64,000 nucleotides of DNA from Marsupella aquatica (Eukaryota; Plantae; Marchantiophyta): positions 2,558,457-2,622,456 of the forward strand of contig OZ316894.1 of the NCBI GenBank assembly GCA_973895155.1, in the 5' to 3' direction. This document shows, piece by piece, positions 50,416 through 64,000 of this stretch (position 1 is its first letter; every line of letters starts with the position of its first letter). The translations under genes were made by a program, and so were the position numbers. The notes under the pieces were generated by a model, which searched no databases, was not told the DNA's origin, and saw only the letters and a list, made by a program, of their open reading frames with translations.

Positions 50416-51551
50416 TTAGGATTGCTGCTGAGAAAGCAAAACAAGAAGTCCCTGTTTGCCTAACAGAATCTCATTGGCAAAGCTCATTATAGCAACCCAA
50501 ATCACAGGGGCAACATCTACTCCCCCGACGGGTGGTATCAGTCTCCTTGTAGGCCCAAGCACCGGCTCAGTGGGAATATAAGCCAGAAAAAAAGGGAATT
50601 TCTTGACCGGAATTCCTGGGTACCACGACATCACAATTCGGAAAATGAACAAAAGGTTGAAGATGGTGATAAAAGGACCAGCCAAACTGGTAGCTAGCTG
50701 AGCCGTCCCTGGATCTAAGTCACCGAGAATCGACACAAAGCGGGGGAGCATCTCCATAGATAATGAATGAGAAGGGATGGGATCCAACTCCGTAGCAGAT
50801 GCACTCGAATCAAATATCGACAGTCCAAAAGCTGCGCAACCAGCACTAAATCCAATTCGTGTAAAGCTATCGTTACCAAGGTCTTCCCCATCTGGCTTGA
50901 CAGTGCAATTACACCTCTGAAGCATTTTTCCAGAATCAGTCCTCCCGAGTGATCCACCATGGCGAACAGCTACTCCATCCTCAACCCTCATCCCATGCGC
51001 TACAGGAGGATGGGTTGTTTTTCTCCTCGTGGACCCTAGAGTGGACACTCTGCAGGAGTACATACAAAATGATAAGCCATTGCAATTTGAACAGGACTTA
51101 GGGTTTGCCAGAGGACCTATTAGTTCTTTGCTATTGCTTGAGTAGGAGAGCAAGAAGAAAGGGGCCAACTTGTAAGATTCCTCGATCAGGATAAGGAGCG
51201 TGATATGTGTGCTCAGAAGTTGGTATACAAAAAACAGGAAAGGTTGCTCTGCTACCTCACGGAACTACTTCCAACCTTCTCACCTGATTACTCCATGATT
51301 ACTGACTCAACTAGACAGTCCACACTCATGACGCACCTTGGAGACTTGAACGAGGAGGACTCCCCTCCAGTGAACCCTTCGCTTTCCAGGGCAGCTGAAG
51401 TTCCGGAGGAACGCCGTGATTGCCGCAGATGAAGAGAATGCCATTTCAAGGTCCGTGAGTTCAACCCGGATTTCTTCAATGACGGGGCCCCCAACCCATT
51501 CCTACAGAATAATTCCGCTCCCATGCAAGCGCAAAGCAATTGAGTCGCCAT
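50416..51551 (-). CDS. CCB3: Chloroplast cytochrome b6 heme-attachment factor CCB3 (YGGT family), 2 exons
   Basis: Exons 51551-51337 (transit-peptide-like) and 51049-50416; DLDPGTA..LFIFRIVMSWYP..PTEPVLGPTRRLIPPVGGVDVAPVIW. Confidence 0.9.
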
Positions 51552-52129
51552 CCCAGTGTCTGAGATCACCTGGCCTCCTCCGTCGTGCAAGTTTTGGCCA
51601 GTCAGCCGGGGCCCCTTCTCAATCACCTTCCACTCACAACACCATCATCGTCAAACCTCGTGTATAAATTTGCTGCTACAATAGTCGAAGCTGGCCTGTC
51701 TGAGAATGGATTCTCCTGTCTGAGAATTCGACCGCTCCAGAGTCTCCAATCTGAGAATAGATTCTCCTGTCTGAGAATTCGTTCTGGCTGCAATTGCAAT
51801 TGCTCTGGGGATGCTCTGCTCCTTCGCCCTGTCTCATACGTAGAGCCTCGTTGTCCTAGAGTCTTCACCTTTGAATAAACAGTGCTGGACGGGGGACAGA
51901 AAACCCACTCACCAATCGATGATGTTGAGCAACTACGCCATACCTCGCCTCATCTCCGTTGTTCTCCTCCCTCTCCCGAATCCCAACACTGTTGATCAAT
52001 CCGCCAATCAATCACTCACTCACTCTCTGGCTATGGTACCAGTCCAATCATCCACTCTCTCGCTATGGTATTACATGCGAGAGTCCATTCAGATTTCCGA
52101 AGGAGAAGGTCGGCCCAGCCCCTTAGTGT

Positions 52130-52710
52130 AAGTTTAGAATGAATGAGCTTCAATAAGGTCAAAATTTAAAATGAAGGGCCTACAGTAAGTGTAGAGTGAA
52201 TGAGCTTCAATAAGGTCAAAATTTAAAATGAAGGGCCTACAGTAAGCGTAGAGTGAACGAGGTTCAATAAGGTCAAAAATTAAAATGAAGGGCCTACAGT
52301 AAGTGTAGAGTGAATGAGGTTCAATAAGGTCAAAATTTTAAATGAAGGGCCTACAGTAAGTGTAGAGTGAATGAGATTCAATAAGGTCAAAATTTTAAAT
52401 GAAGGGCCTACAGTAAGTGTAGAGTGGATGAGGTTCAATAAGGTCAAAATTTAAAATGAAGGGCCTACATTAGGTGTAGAGTGAATGAGGTCAAAATTTA
52501 AAACTAAGGGCCTTCAATAGGTCTAGAGTGAATGAGGTTCAATAAGGTCAAAATTTAAAACTAAAGGTCTACAATAGGTCTAGAGTGAATGAAGTTCAAT
52601 AAGGTCAAAGAGCAGGTGTAGAGTGAATGAGATCTAGAGTGAATGAGATTTCATAAGGGTCAAAGAGTAGTTCTAGAGTGAATGAGGTTCAATAAAGTCA
52701 GAATTTTAAA
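52130..52710 (+). repeat. 57-bp tandem repeat (~6 good copies, then decaying)
   Basis: gtagagtgaatgag.ttcaataaggtcaaaatttaaaatgaagggcctacagtaagt at 52191, 52248, 52305 and onward. Confidence 0.92.
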
Positions 52711-53239
52711 CCAGGATAGACAAAAGTGACATTAACTCTAAGAAAACACAAAACTGAAATGAGGATGGAAAAAACATCTTAGTATGAAAGGGCAACCTGA
52801 AGCCTACTCTTAAGGGCCTAGGTCTAGAGTGAAGTCTCTAGACCTTAACTCCCAATACTGATAATAAAGGATAAATAAAGTCTTAATTTTAAAGGAGGAT
52901 GGACAAAAGTGACATTAACTCTAAAAAGTACAAAACTGAAATGAGTATGGACAAAAAACAAGGATGGGGCAAACATTAACCAAAATGGCATATAAATTGC
53001 TTCATATTTATTTACGTGCAAGGAAAGGGTCATGCGGCTAATCAGAGTTATAGCTATCTTGCATGTCAGTGTCGAAGGCTTCCCAAATTCCCAGTGCTCA
53101 CAACAGTAGGAGATACAGAGTAGTGCTCAACAATTAAGAATGCACACAACAAACAATTGCCATAAGATCTGTTGGGCGACCGTGATAGCCAACGCAATCA
53201 ATGGGTATCACCACATATCTAAACTATTCCATACTGTAT

Positions 53240-53560
53240 AATGAACTAGCTCAGATGGTGTGCCATAAAAGATGCCAATGCATAAGATGTTTTTATGCAA
53301 AGATTTCATTGCATAAAAGAAGTCGTTGTAAAAAATATATCACTAATGTTGTGGAAGTAAAGGTGTTACATAACAAAAGTTGTTTGGCGGAAGATACTTG
53401 TGTAAAACATGTCATTGCTTACAAAAGAGATAGTTCCACAAAGAGATGGTTGTGATTTGGAATTCATAGACTAAAACTGTTGCATAAAAGATGTAGTTGC
53501 ACTAAGATGTCATGAAAGTAAAGACACTGTTATCTAAACACAATTGTTACTAAAAGATAT
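53240..53560 (+). repeat. Degenerate AAAAGATGT..TTG short-period repeat
   Basis: Recurrent aaagatg/aaagatgtc motifs; same family as 58270-59230. Confidence 0.55.
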
Positions 53561-56500
53561 AAAAGGTAGGCACTCGGGCATCGGCTAATAAGAGGCTATA
53601 TTTGCCCAAAAAATACCCTTAATCGCGATACACGTGATAGCCAACGCGATTAACGAGTATCGTTTGTAAAATTCTCTCTAGTGTATTTGTCGAGGGCAGT
53701 CATACAAAAACCCAGCAATGCCTCACCGGGCACCAGTCCTGAGATTGAAATGCATGTCAATGATGTAGTGTAGATTCAAGCAAAGCCCTCACAGAATTTA
53801 CTAATTTATTCGCAAGCTGACAAATCAGGCTTAGATCTGTGTTCACACCCGAGCTGAAAAGTGAAGGGCAGGACATTGGTGGGCATTACAGTGATAAGCA
53901 GAATGCTCAATGGCTATGGCACGAACGAATCCCTTATCGCTTCATTCACTCCCCATGTGTAACATTGATGGCTGCACAACACCATCTCAATTGTTTCCAT
54001 TCTGGATGTTTCTTCTTCTGTCCATCGCCTTCTCAGCCTCTAGCAAAACCCAGTGTACTGTACATCCTTCACATTTCCAGCACAAACTATGAAGAACCTA
54101 CGAGCTAATTTCCGGGGTTCATACTACGAGGTCCTTTATACTTACTGCTCTTTAATGCTTTGTTTCTTAAAGGATCTAGATTTGCCACCGGAAGCGAAAT
54201 GAGATATTGGTGCAACGATATTCAATGCTCTGGTAGTTATTGTCGTGTTTGGTTTACCAAAATCCACAGTTTTTTATTCGCTTATTATATCCGTGATCTG
54301 CTGATTACCTGCAATCCTTCCTGGCCTTGTGATCGGTGGAAACACAACTGCAATTCGCCTTGCAGCCCCATTAATCCCTACGTCAGACCCAGACTCTTGC
54401 ATTAGAATTATTCTTACAGTCTGGATGCAGATCGACCCATTTTGGCGAAGCTGCAATCTAGTCTTGGGAGTTGTGTTCATCATCGTGGCATAGCTGCGCC
54501 AAAAGAATGTCACGCCAAACATATATCTTACGCAAGGATTGCATTTGGGCTACCTATGATACTCTCTATTCCTCGGAGTGTCTTACACCTGTTCCTGCTT
54601 TTCTACAAAGGCTCATTACTCGTTTCCTTAGGGAACCGCCCAAATCTCAGCTGACAATAATAGGCTCTGTGCAGAAGCCGGAGGAGCCCTGGAAGGTTTT
54701 TGCTTCAGCGTGGTTGGATCCTCTGAGTTTAACAACAGGTGACCACATTCTTTGTGGGATAAGCGATACACCCTTACAGTTTGTCCTCCAGGTTAAATGC
54801 TCCGCTGGAATAACCCGGTCATAGAACCCTGCTCGTGTTCTCTGCCCCAGTTAGGAGTGCTTGCAACAGAATCAACCTCAGCAACGTATAAAACCAGAAG
54901 AGTTTGCGGAGAGCGATGGTTTTCCGCAGCCAGCTCCCCCACGAAAGTCCATTCTAATTTTCTCAGAATCCAAGTCCACTTTGCAGCTGGTGCGGAACCC
55001 GGAAAGGAAGCAAATTAAGCAGTGGCTGTAAACCAGACGAGTTGTTGCTCTCCATTGCAATGTTGCTCTCCATTGCCTCAGACTAATCATTTGAGAGGAG
55101 GTCATGCCCCCTACTCTATCGAGTACAGAGAAGATGAAGAGCAATTCACTCATATCCGTTATTGCGCTCCACATCAGATTAATCAGTTGAGTGGAGATCA
55201 GCCCCCTACTGCGGTCGAGTTCAAGAGAAGATGAAGAGCACTTCACTAGATATCGCAGAAGGTAGAGCAGTAGTACAATCCACCCTTACACCAATAGGGA
55301 TTCAGGCTCCCAGCTTAGCCTATCCTTCCAATTTTTTTCCAGAATTCAGGCTTTCATAGGCGATGAAGAGACAGGGACATTATCGCGAGAGAGGTCAATA
55401 TTTTGCAGAATAGCAGCAACTGGCCAAGCCAAGGTTTCCAAAGCACCAGAGTAAATTTTAGGGTACCTTAGGAGGACAGATACGAAGCCCTTGTGGCCAA
55501 GTCTTGACGGACAACCAAAGGATGCTGACATTCCCGTTAGTTCCCTCTGCGGTAGAATGAGAACGGTCGACTTTCCAATCTCGCCTCAATTGCCGTTTTT
55601 CCCTGGTGCTCATCGGGACGACCACCCCGATTCGCCTGACTTGGGAACAATTGCTGTTTACTCATGCGTGCAGGATTGTGAAATCCAGGGTTAGTGTGAG
55701 GATTTTGCTTGGGTGCAGCCCAACTTCAGAACCTCCCGGAGTAATTCCAGTGGGGAAAGCCATGTTAACTGAACTGACCTTCAAATCGAGTCAAACGACG
55801 GAGAGTCATTGAACCCTAAATCACCTCGTGTAATTCTCACACAGGCGGGACTCTTAACCTTCCAGCATGCTACTAAACAGTGCTTACTATCTTCACCCGC
55901 CCCATCACATTAGCTCTATGCAACTTACCCTGTCTCATCAATGTATACTCTACCAAGCAGGCCATCTACCGTTTTAGTTAGAGCTCGCAGAGTCTCATAT
56001 CTTGGCCATCGAGACTGACAAGTGGCGGACATTATCTAAATAAAAAATGACTGTGTAGGCACTGCACTGATAAGCAACTGGATGATCACAAACACCTCCC
56101 ATTCGACTCTATGAAAGTGCAGTTCTAGGTCTGAATTCATACATCTCTTTGGTGAATCACGACAACACATCCATGATATTCTATCACTCAACCCTGATGA
56201 ACTTTGCGCAATGCACTGGACGCCTAGTTACATCTGAGAATTAGGTCTCCCACCTTCTGTGGAGTCTTCGCTGCCCATCGTCTGTGGACTTTTCTTTCAA
56301 ACTTGACTCGCAAGTCCTTGTACAGCGCAGGTTCATCGCATATTTCGGTCCCTGTGGACTTCTTACTTGCTCAATCATTATCTCTAACCCATGTTAGCAT
56401 AAATCAACTTCGCTACAATCCCTTCGTCCTCCATACAAAGAACAAGCTAACAGATAGAATTCGTGCACGGGATTAAAAAGTCTTTTTCACAAAGTATTGG

Positions 56501-56941
56501 AACTTGCCAGACTTCGACTATACAACAATTGGTACTGCTATGGCACATCATTGGATTCCGAATTGGCAAGGTGCAGCTCTGCATACGCTGATACAGTTGA
56601 GAAATGCTCCTTAAGAATAAAATCTTCGTTGGGCTGTCCCTCTGCAAAATTGCCAAAGGGAATTCCATATAGATTTCAAGGCCTTGGCATTCCAACATGA
56701 CACAGTTTTGGACAACCTCCTGGGAATTTTTCATTAAAATGAAACGCATGAGGTGTAACCTAACCAACCTCATATTGTAAGAACGCTGCCAGCATCTAGA
56801 CGTGCATATCATGGGTACCATACTCAGGCTCCTTCTCAATCACCCAGTTTTTAACAGTGACTAATAAGTTTCATTTACCACCTGATCCTACCAGTCCCGT
56901 TTCCTCACAAATGCATTTAACAATTGGATTAGGTCCAAACA

Positions 56942-57923
56942 CTACTTTTGCTCTACTCCCTCTTCAACGATGGTGGCCTTCTCGCTCACGTAAATACCAT
57001 CCAAAAACTTCCGGATATCCTTTTTCTTTACGTGACATTTCTGCATTAAGGGAAACAAACAAGAAACCAAACAGCAATTGAGAATCTAAACGGAGACGAT
57101 ACACGCTGTTACCCACATCGACCTAATGGACTGAAAGTAAACCAAAACTGAGAATATATAGTATGCACTGAATTGAGAAATCAAACTTCAGATTGTGACG
57201 AGGAAGCACCTGGTTAATTAAAGCTGCGGATCGAGAAACGAGCTCGATGTCATTACCCTCCAGCACAAGCTCATCCTTCACCTTCTCAGACCTCGTTACC
57301 GTCACATTGGAAAGCATATCCACCCTACGAACCTGACCACACCAACAGTAAAAAATGAACACAGATGCAACTTCGTTGTACGGTTCTTTTGACGCAAGAA
57401 CAAGCTCCACAACTTTTGAGTTGCCATGCTTCAAAATATGCACCACTGCTTTTGCTACAGAGGAGACCGACTCGACACTGTCGTCATGGCCCTATTTCTG
57501 TAGTTGGGCGAAACTTGAAGTCAATAAAACAGGAAAAAACCGCGTGCTACCCACGCATACCTTCTTCTCGCCCAGAAAGTTGCGAATTTCAATGCTGTTC
57601 TTCTCGTTCGAGATAGAAGCGTTGATGGGAAAATGAGCATACACGAATCTCATCTTGTAGCGATAACCCTTGGTCACGCCCGTGATAAGATTGTTGACAT
57701 GGCTGATAGCGGTGCGAATCGCAGCAATTGTCTTCCTCGACCCGAACCAGGCATCCACCTTCAATACCTTGCCGCCTTCGATCAGCTGGAAATCAAGGTT
57801 GAGATGTTTGAAATTCCTCTTCAGTACCCCGCGGGGCCCTGTTACACGAATTTGCTTCGCCTTGATCTCTAACTTGACATTTTCGGGAATGTCCATAGTC
57901 TCGGTTGACAAAATCACCTTCAT
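56942..57923 (-). CDS. RPL9: 60S ribosomal protein L9 (uL6), 3 coding exons
   Basis: [38 protein letters not shown] (57923-57561), [16 protein letters not shown] (57332-57210), [21 protein letters not shown] (57040-56942). Confidence 0.97.
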
Positions 57924-58269
57924 CTTGGCTGCTGCTGCTGCCCGATTCCTGCCTGGAAATCGAAAGTCGGGTTCAAGTCCTGATGGACTTGCCTGCCTCA
58001 GCACAGGCAACGAGGTTCGAGGCGATGGTGGTCGAACGAGGAGAGGAGATCAGAAAGGCAGTGTGAAAGAGTCGAAAAAGGGAGAGACGCGAGCAATGTC
58101 TCGACTCAAACCCTAGAATAGAGTACCCTAACCCCAACGGCCCAGATCATTCCTGATACGGACGCCCCAGATCACATTTGCCATGTTCTCCAGCGATTAT
58201 ACAGCGGACATATAGATGAATCCTGTGGACTGGTAATAACGTCTGTTTACTGGGTATTAGCTCAATACC

Positions 58270-59230
58270 CGTGCATTGCACTAGATGTAGTGACAAAAAA
58301 ATGATGTGTGTCTCACAAAGATGTAGTGTTGCCCAAGGTGTGGTTATGAAAAAAAATGTTGTGTCACCCAAGATGTTGTTTAAAAAACATATATGTTGTG
58401 TTTATGTGAAAGACACCTCTATGTGTGCGTTGCACAAACTACGTTGTTATGCAAAACAATGTCAATGTGTAAAAGATGTCATATGTGTAAAAGATGTTGT
58501 CTGTGGAAAAGATGTGGTTGCGTAGAACATATTGCTGTGGAAAAGATGTCGTCTGCAAAAGGTGTCATTTGCCAAAAAGATAATGTTGCAAAAAAGGTGT
58601 TGTGTAAAAACTGTTCTTGTGTAAATGATTTAATTGTAGAAAATATGTAGTTGCAAAAAAGAAGTTGATGCAGAAGTGATGTTGTTTGCCAAAACGATGA
58701 CGTTGTGCAAAATACGTCATTGTGTTAAAAATGTCATTGCGGGAAAGATGTTTTGTAAAAGATGTCAGGTTGTAGGGAAGATGTCATTGTCAAAAGATGA
58801 TATTGTGTAACAGATTATGTTTGTGGAAAAGTTATCATCTACAATAGCTCAATACCTTGCTCAATCCCCATGTGCTGCACAAAAGATGTTGTTGGGGAAG
58901 AGATTTTGTTTGCAGGAAAAAATATCATAGTGTAAAACAATCATTTGCAAAAAAGATGTTACATAAGGGATATTGATAGATGTTGTTGTGCAAAAGATTT
59001 TGTTTGCATGAAGTCATTGTGTAGATGATGTTATTGGAAAACAAGATGTTACATAAAAGTATGTCGATGCATAAAATATGTAGATGCATATATATTGTTG
59101 TGTAAAGATGTCGTTACGGGAAAGATATCATGAAATTACAAAAAAGGCCATTGCAAATAATATATTATTGTTGTCATTGTAAAATAATGTTGCTGTATAA
59201 AAGCTGTAGTTGTGACAAAGACATTGTTTT
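58270..59230 (+). repeat. Long degenerate ~17-bp-period AAAAGATGTYRTTG satellite upstream of RPL9
   Basis: Many copies of aaaagatgtc/aaaagatgtt..tgt. Confidence 0.7.
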
Positions 59231-60664
59231 TGAGTTTTCAAGGCACAACGTGTGTGCCCAAGGCAAGAGAAAAAGATACATAGATGTGCCAAGGTCTGTA
59301 ATTTTTTATTTTGAGGGAAGGAGGTGTGTGCCCAAGAAAGAGAGAAAGATGGGCAGTGGTAGGCAAAGGGCAAGTGCATTCCCTTGGGCAAATGCTAATA
59401 AGTGATTCTATTTGAGCTTTAAAAAAAATGGTGGAATGGCTCACCTGATAGTCTAATAAACAAGTTTAGTTTTGGCTTGTAGTCCCTGAAAAATATTACA
59501 CTTATAAAACTGAGGAATTGAGATGTAGACCATATGTTCTATGTTTGGACTTTGTGCCATTGTCCTCAGTTTTATAAGTGTGACATGTAGTAGCAATTCT
59601 ATGTTTGGACTTTTTGCCATTGTTTGCATAAAGCATTCATTTGTGTTGGAGGTGAATCCTAAGAAGGATAAATCTTCTCTCCTCTATTTCCTGGATTTCT
59701 TCCTTTTTTCTGTATCTTATCTCTATTTTCTCATATCAAAAGACCTTCTTTTTGTTAGTTGCTTTCTTATTTATTACTTTTGGCACTGCAACCATTAGAT
59801 TTTGAATGATGGCCACTCCAAAAATTGGTTGGATCTTGTATGATAGGTTTTAATTGTGAGCCATAATGCCCTCCCAAAAGACCCCATTTGAGGGGTCACT
59901 ATTGCTTATAATGAACCCTTTGTCATGACAAATCTATTCTAAATTTAGTGGCTTATGGTTGTGCTATGTCAGCAATTTCTAGCACCAATATAAATAGAGA
60001 TGCTTGTGGCGACAAACAAACACAATTGTTTGTATATTTTGCAACTCCAGCAAAACTAATTAGATCCATGAATGGTAAAAACTTAAGGAAATTGAACAAA
60101 CATGCCAAATACCAAAGAATGTAATAGCTTAACCATTTTATTTAATTTTTGGATTATAATATTTTATTGAATTTATTTTGTTAAAACTTACCAAGGACTA
60201 ACTTTAGCCATTAGATCTGATTGATGGAGGCATTTGAATGGTCATTGGCTAATAAAGATGATGCTGGAAAATATCATACAAATGGTCACCAAAAAAATCA
60301 TAGATCATTGAAGTTTTTAGATACAAATGAGATTAAATGTTTCTAATTAATTGTTACTGTGTACACTATTATCATGCTATTTATGTGTTATTAGGATAGG
60401 TTAGCATCCTAAGATGCATCAAAAGAATTTTCAGCCATAATTTTCTTGTCTTTAGTTTGGTTGGGGTTGAGATTTTTTATTTTTATCCAGCTTGGAGACC
60501 TACTTACTAAATGAATATCCCCAAAATCCCAATATAGATAAATCTAAATTTTTTGGGGGAAAAAATTGGATTTCTTCAAATATGATTAAATCAAATGAGT
60601 ACAAGTTCAAGCACAATAATATTGTGTTGATCAATAAATCACATAAGTCTAGATAACATATCCC

Positions 60665-60742
60665 ATGTCACACACATCCAATCACATACACAACACCTAT
60701 AAGAGAATAAGATACAAGTCTAACTCATGTCTACACATGTCT
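60665..60742 (-). repeat. Diverged relic of the second family's b repeat
   Basis: tgtcacacacatccaa..aagagaat..atacaagt..aactcatgtc.acacatgtc resembles 62244-62330. Confidence 0.65.
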
Positions 60743-61737
60743 AGTTCAGTTCTATTTTTGAGGGATAGTTATCCTTTTGTGATGACTCAAAGGATTTCAA
60801 TTAAGGATTTGATTACTTGTGAACAACCATCTCGAGGTTGGGCACTGTAATTTGGCAAGCAAACAAGGTAGGCCGCAGAATAATGCTTTACCCTACAAAA
60901 AAACTTAGAATTTAGGAGAACTTGAATCTAAACTTTTATAATTTCATAATAAATTATTTAAATATTTATTTGTTGATAACGTGAGACGTGACTTTTTAAA
61001 TTTTATTTTGAATGTAAAGTATATAGAATTTATATGTATGTAAATCTATATAAATTTGCTAAATGTTTTTGTATAAATTTCATATTACTATTCACAAAAT
61101 ATTCAGAATAAAAGCCAATTATTCGGGATACTTTCTGTAATCCTACTCCAAATATATGAAAACAATATTCCCACCATTGAAGGCCAGAACTAACATCCCA
61201 CAATTGAATCCAAGGTGGCTGAATTATTGTTCAAGCCATGGAGAGGCATGCCAACCAATCAGCCATTGTGGAAGCTAACATTGGGAGACTGGACCAAGTT
61301 GTGAAGCTTCCCAAATTCCTTAAACCCATTATCTCACTAACGTTGCTACGAAGGATGAGTTTACTAAGAAGTGACCTCATGTGAAAGGTTGGGTGGAAAG
61401 ACCTTTCATTCCGATGTCCTAGGAGAATAATAGGTGCAAGAGCTTGCTCCTAAGCACAATTTGTTGCCTTGACATTTGACAATAATTTTGGGTCATCTGA
61501 TTCCTGTGTCTATATGAGACTTCACAAAAATTTCCATGGAAAAACAAATCATAAAGACAAATGCAATCCCACATGTGAAAGCAGAGTTGTAAAAGCACAA
61601 TGAGAAATTCAATTTGATTGAACCTGTCATATACTTCATTTGTCCGTATTAAATTCTCTTTCAGCAGCCCAAAGACGCATGACTTTGTGGTAGTTCACTT
61701 GAATTAAGACTAATAGGTTTTGGGTTTAACTATTGTG

Positions 61738-64000
61738 TGTCGTGCGCATACATATCGCTACACAACATACATCGCTTGTCACATACATCCAAACATAGTC
61801 ACGCTGCCACATCACAAACACAAGAGAATGGAATACAAGTGGAACTCATGTCCACACATATCCAAAACCCACAATAATCTCCATACAATCGGCACAACGA
61901 TCCCGGTCAACAATACCCCATCGATCCCGCACCGATCCGATCACACACGTATGTCAAGCCAACACACCTTGCACTACTCAAGGAATCCACGTTACACAAG
62001 CGGAGCTCACAGCCACCATAGCCACTCAAGCTCCTCTCTCTCCAAGGCTCAACATTGAAAGATGACCTTTCAATGCCTCACAAGTGAGAAGTACCCTCTC
62101 ACACAAACCTGACGGAACCTTATCAGCTCCAATAGCACTCATACCAAACGTACATACTCTAATAGCACGATATACTACTATACTAATCAGAATGGTGTGA
62201 CAGCTGTCGTGCGCATACATATCGCTACACAACATACATTGCTTGTCACATACATCCAAACATAGTCACGCTGCCACATCACAAACACAAGAGAATGGAA
62301 TACAAGTGGAACTCATGTCCACACATGTCCAAAACCCACAATCGCCCCCCTAGCTGGGAGTAAGGTCCCCTAACTCTAGCTAGCCATGAGTTCTACAAGG
62401 TTGATATACACCTTTTTAGGTGTGAAGATCAGGAGGTCGGGTGCAAGTGAGCCCCATCGATCACCTACCTGCAATCCATATCTGCCAAGAGAACACAAAT
62501 GATAACTAGTCGGCTTCACCGACATTGAGGACACAACCATGATCCACTAGGAATCACCTGCAATGGTGGTGTCAAACATGACATGTGCCATCCTCTAGAA
62601 CACTTATCACAAATCAACATAGTAGCTGCTCCCTGAGCAGATCCACACAACATACATTTCAAGCCAGCACGAACATGTGCCAAGCTTGGATCTACTGTAC
62701 CATCAATGTTGGGAAGGTGACATGGTGCACAGTTGCGCACATGATCCTTCCAAACCATACCATCGCGTCCCTCCAACATCAGGACACTAGAAGGCAACAC
62801 TTCACGCACACGTAAGATTGTTCGGCCTGCGGTCACATCAAGTGTCGTGGGTGCTGTCTGCTGCAAATAAACATAATCACCATGATGAAATCGTCGAATG
62901 CTTGCACGGTAACCTCCTCCACGAATAGTGGCATACCTCAAAGTATCACGATGTTGGGCAATGGCAAGGTTATCAAAAGCCATGGGCATCACTCTCTAAA
63001 ATACCCGTGCTCTCTTTGAACACACCTTGACCCAAACATCAGGATCATCCAAGTTCACAACTGGTGCAGCATCACGACGAATAGCTGCTGGCAAATCTGG
63101 CTCTCTACCATAGAGCAAAAAGTAGGGTGAGAAGGATGCAAGTGATGCTTGCCGACTGAAACGGTAGCCCATAGCTAACCAAGGTAGTTGGAGATCCCAA
63201 TCTCCTAGATGACCAACCTGCAAGCCATACTTACGCAATCCTCTCTTCACAGTTTGCACAACTCTCTCAGCTAATCCATCTGCCTCAGGATGATCACGAG
63301 AGGTAGTACGATGATCAATCAGAGCTTGTTCACACAAACTCTCAAACTCTCCACGGAACTCAGTTCCCTGATCAGTCAACACCTCAGCTGGTGCTCCAAA
63401 ATGATTGAGTACACGATCCAAAAATGTAGCAGCAACTCCTCCACTGGCTTTATCTGGCAACACCACGAGCTCAATCCACTTGGAGAAGTGTTCTACCATG
63501 ACCAAAATATACCGATTATGGCGTTGGGTAAGAGGTAATGGACCAGCAAAATCCAAACTCCAACGATATCCCAAACCCATGATCGGTAACGGGTGCAACT
63601 GGGGAGTGGGAGCATTAAATGATGCTCTCACTCTATCACTTACCACAAACTTAGCTATCAACTGCTGGACATGAGTGTGCATATCACGCCACCAATATTG
63701 TGTCTGCATCAAGCTGTAAGTGCGCTTCACACCAAAGTGACCCAACTCCTCGTGCGCATGTCGCACCAAATGTACTCGTTGTGATGGTTTTGGTACCACC
63801 AACATCCTACCATCATGCAATACTCTTAAAAGATGGTTTCCCTCCCATCGAAACCTCTTGGCTCTCTGTAGAACCCTGTCACGTTCCTTGGCATCAACAC
63901 TGCCAATAATAGAATTACTGCGCAGATATTCCAACACTCTCACATCATTGTGAATATCTTGCTGTCCAGAAGTTACCTCACCAACATCCACATCTGAAGA
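61738..64000 (-). mobile_element. 3' part of a second Gypsy family with the same split-LTR end (b-a-b) and PHD-integrase
   Basis: b copies 61738-61875 and 62205-62342; intervening segment ends ..GTGTGACA at 62202, then gc; G-rich PPT 62343-62350. Confidence 0.9.
62516..63991 (-). pseudogene. Gypsy integrase plus intact C4HC3 PHD finger (one in-frame TAG)
   Basis: HEELGH, WSLDFAG, TDQGTEF, AERVV; CMLC..CDKC..H..C..WLCPQC; TAG at 62996-62998. Confidence 0.93.

Noticed and set aside
52130-52710. CRISPR-like array
   Set aside because: Head-to-tail repeats without unique spacers, in a eukaryotic context; the same applies to 26769-26915.
53800-56400. Possible spliced gene between CCB3 and RPL9
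   Set aside because: Only short ORFs with no recognisable homology; cannot be supported without transcript data.

Overview
Eukaryotic land-plant DNA; a bryophyte/liverwort-like source is inferred from gene and transposon content, not proven. The left ~39 kb is a nest of transposons. The right part holds three intron-containing host genes (RPA-interacting protein, CCB3, RPL9), tandem repeats and the 3' end of another Gypsy element. Highlight 1: two different Ty3/Gypsy DDE-integrase+PHD retrotransposons have 'permuted/split' LTRs (a-internal-b-a-b on the element strand) with an internal CA-NN-TG junction. The complete copy (851-10685) has a 4-bp TSD, a PPT next to b and a self-priming-type PBS next to a, the layout expected if a 2-LTR circle is integrated at a site inside the LTR. 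Highlight 2: that complete copy carries a DNMT3-like cytosine methyltransferase between protease and RT. Highlight 3: a ~20-kb inverted-repeat-bounded block pairs a Sola-like transposase with a divergent, decayed ParB-like + N4/N6-methyltransferase-fold (+HAD phosphatase) gene and an array of GATC-containing palindromes. All TE genes here are disrupted, mostly by C-to-T-type stops.
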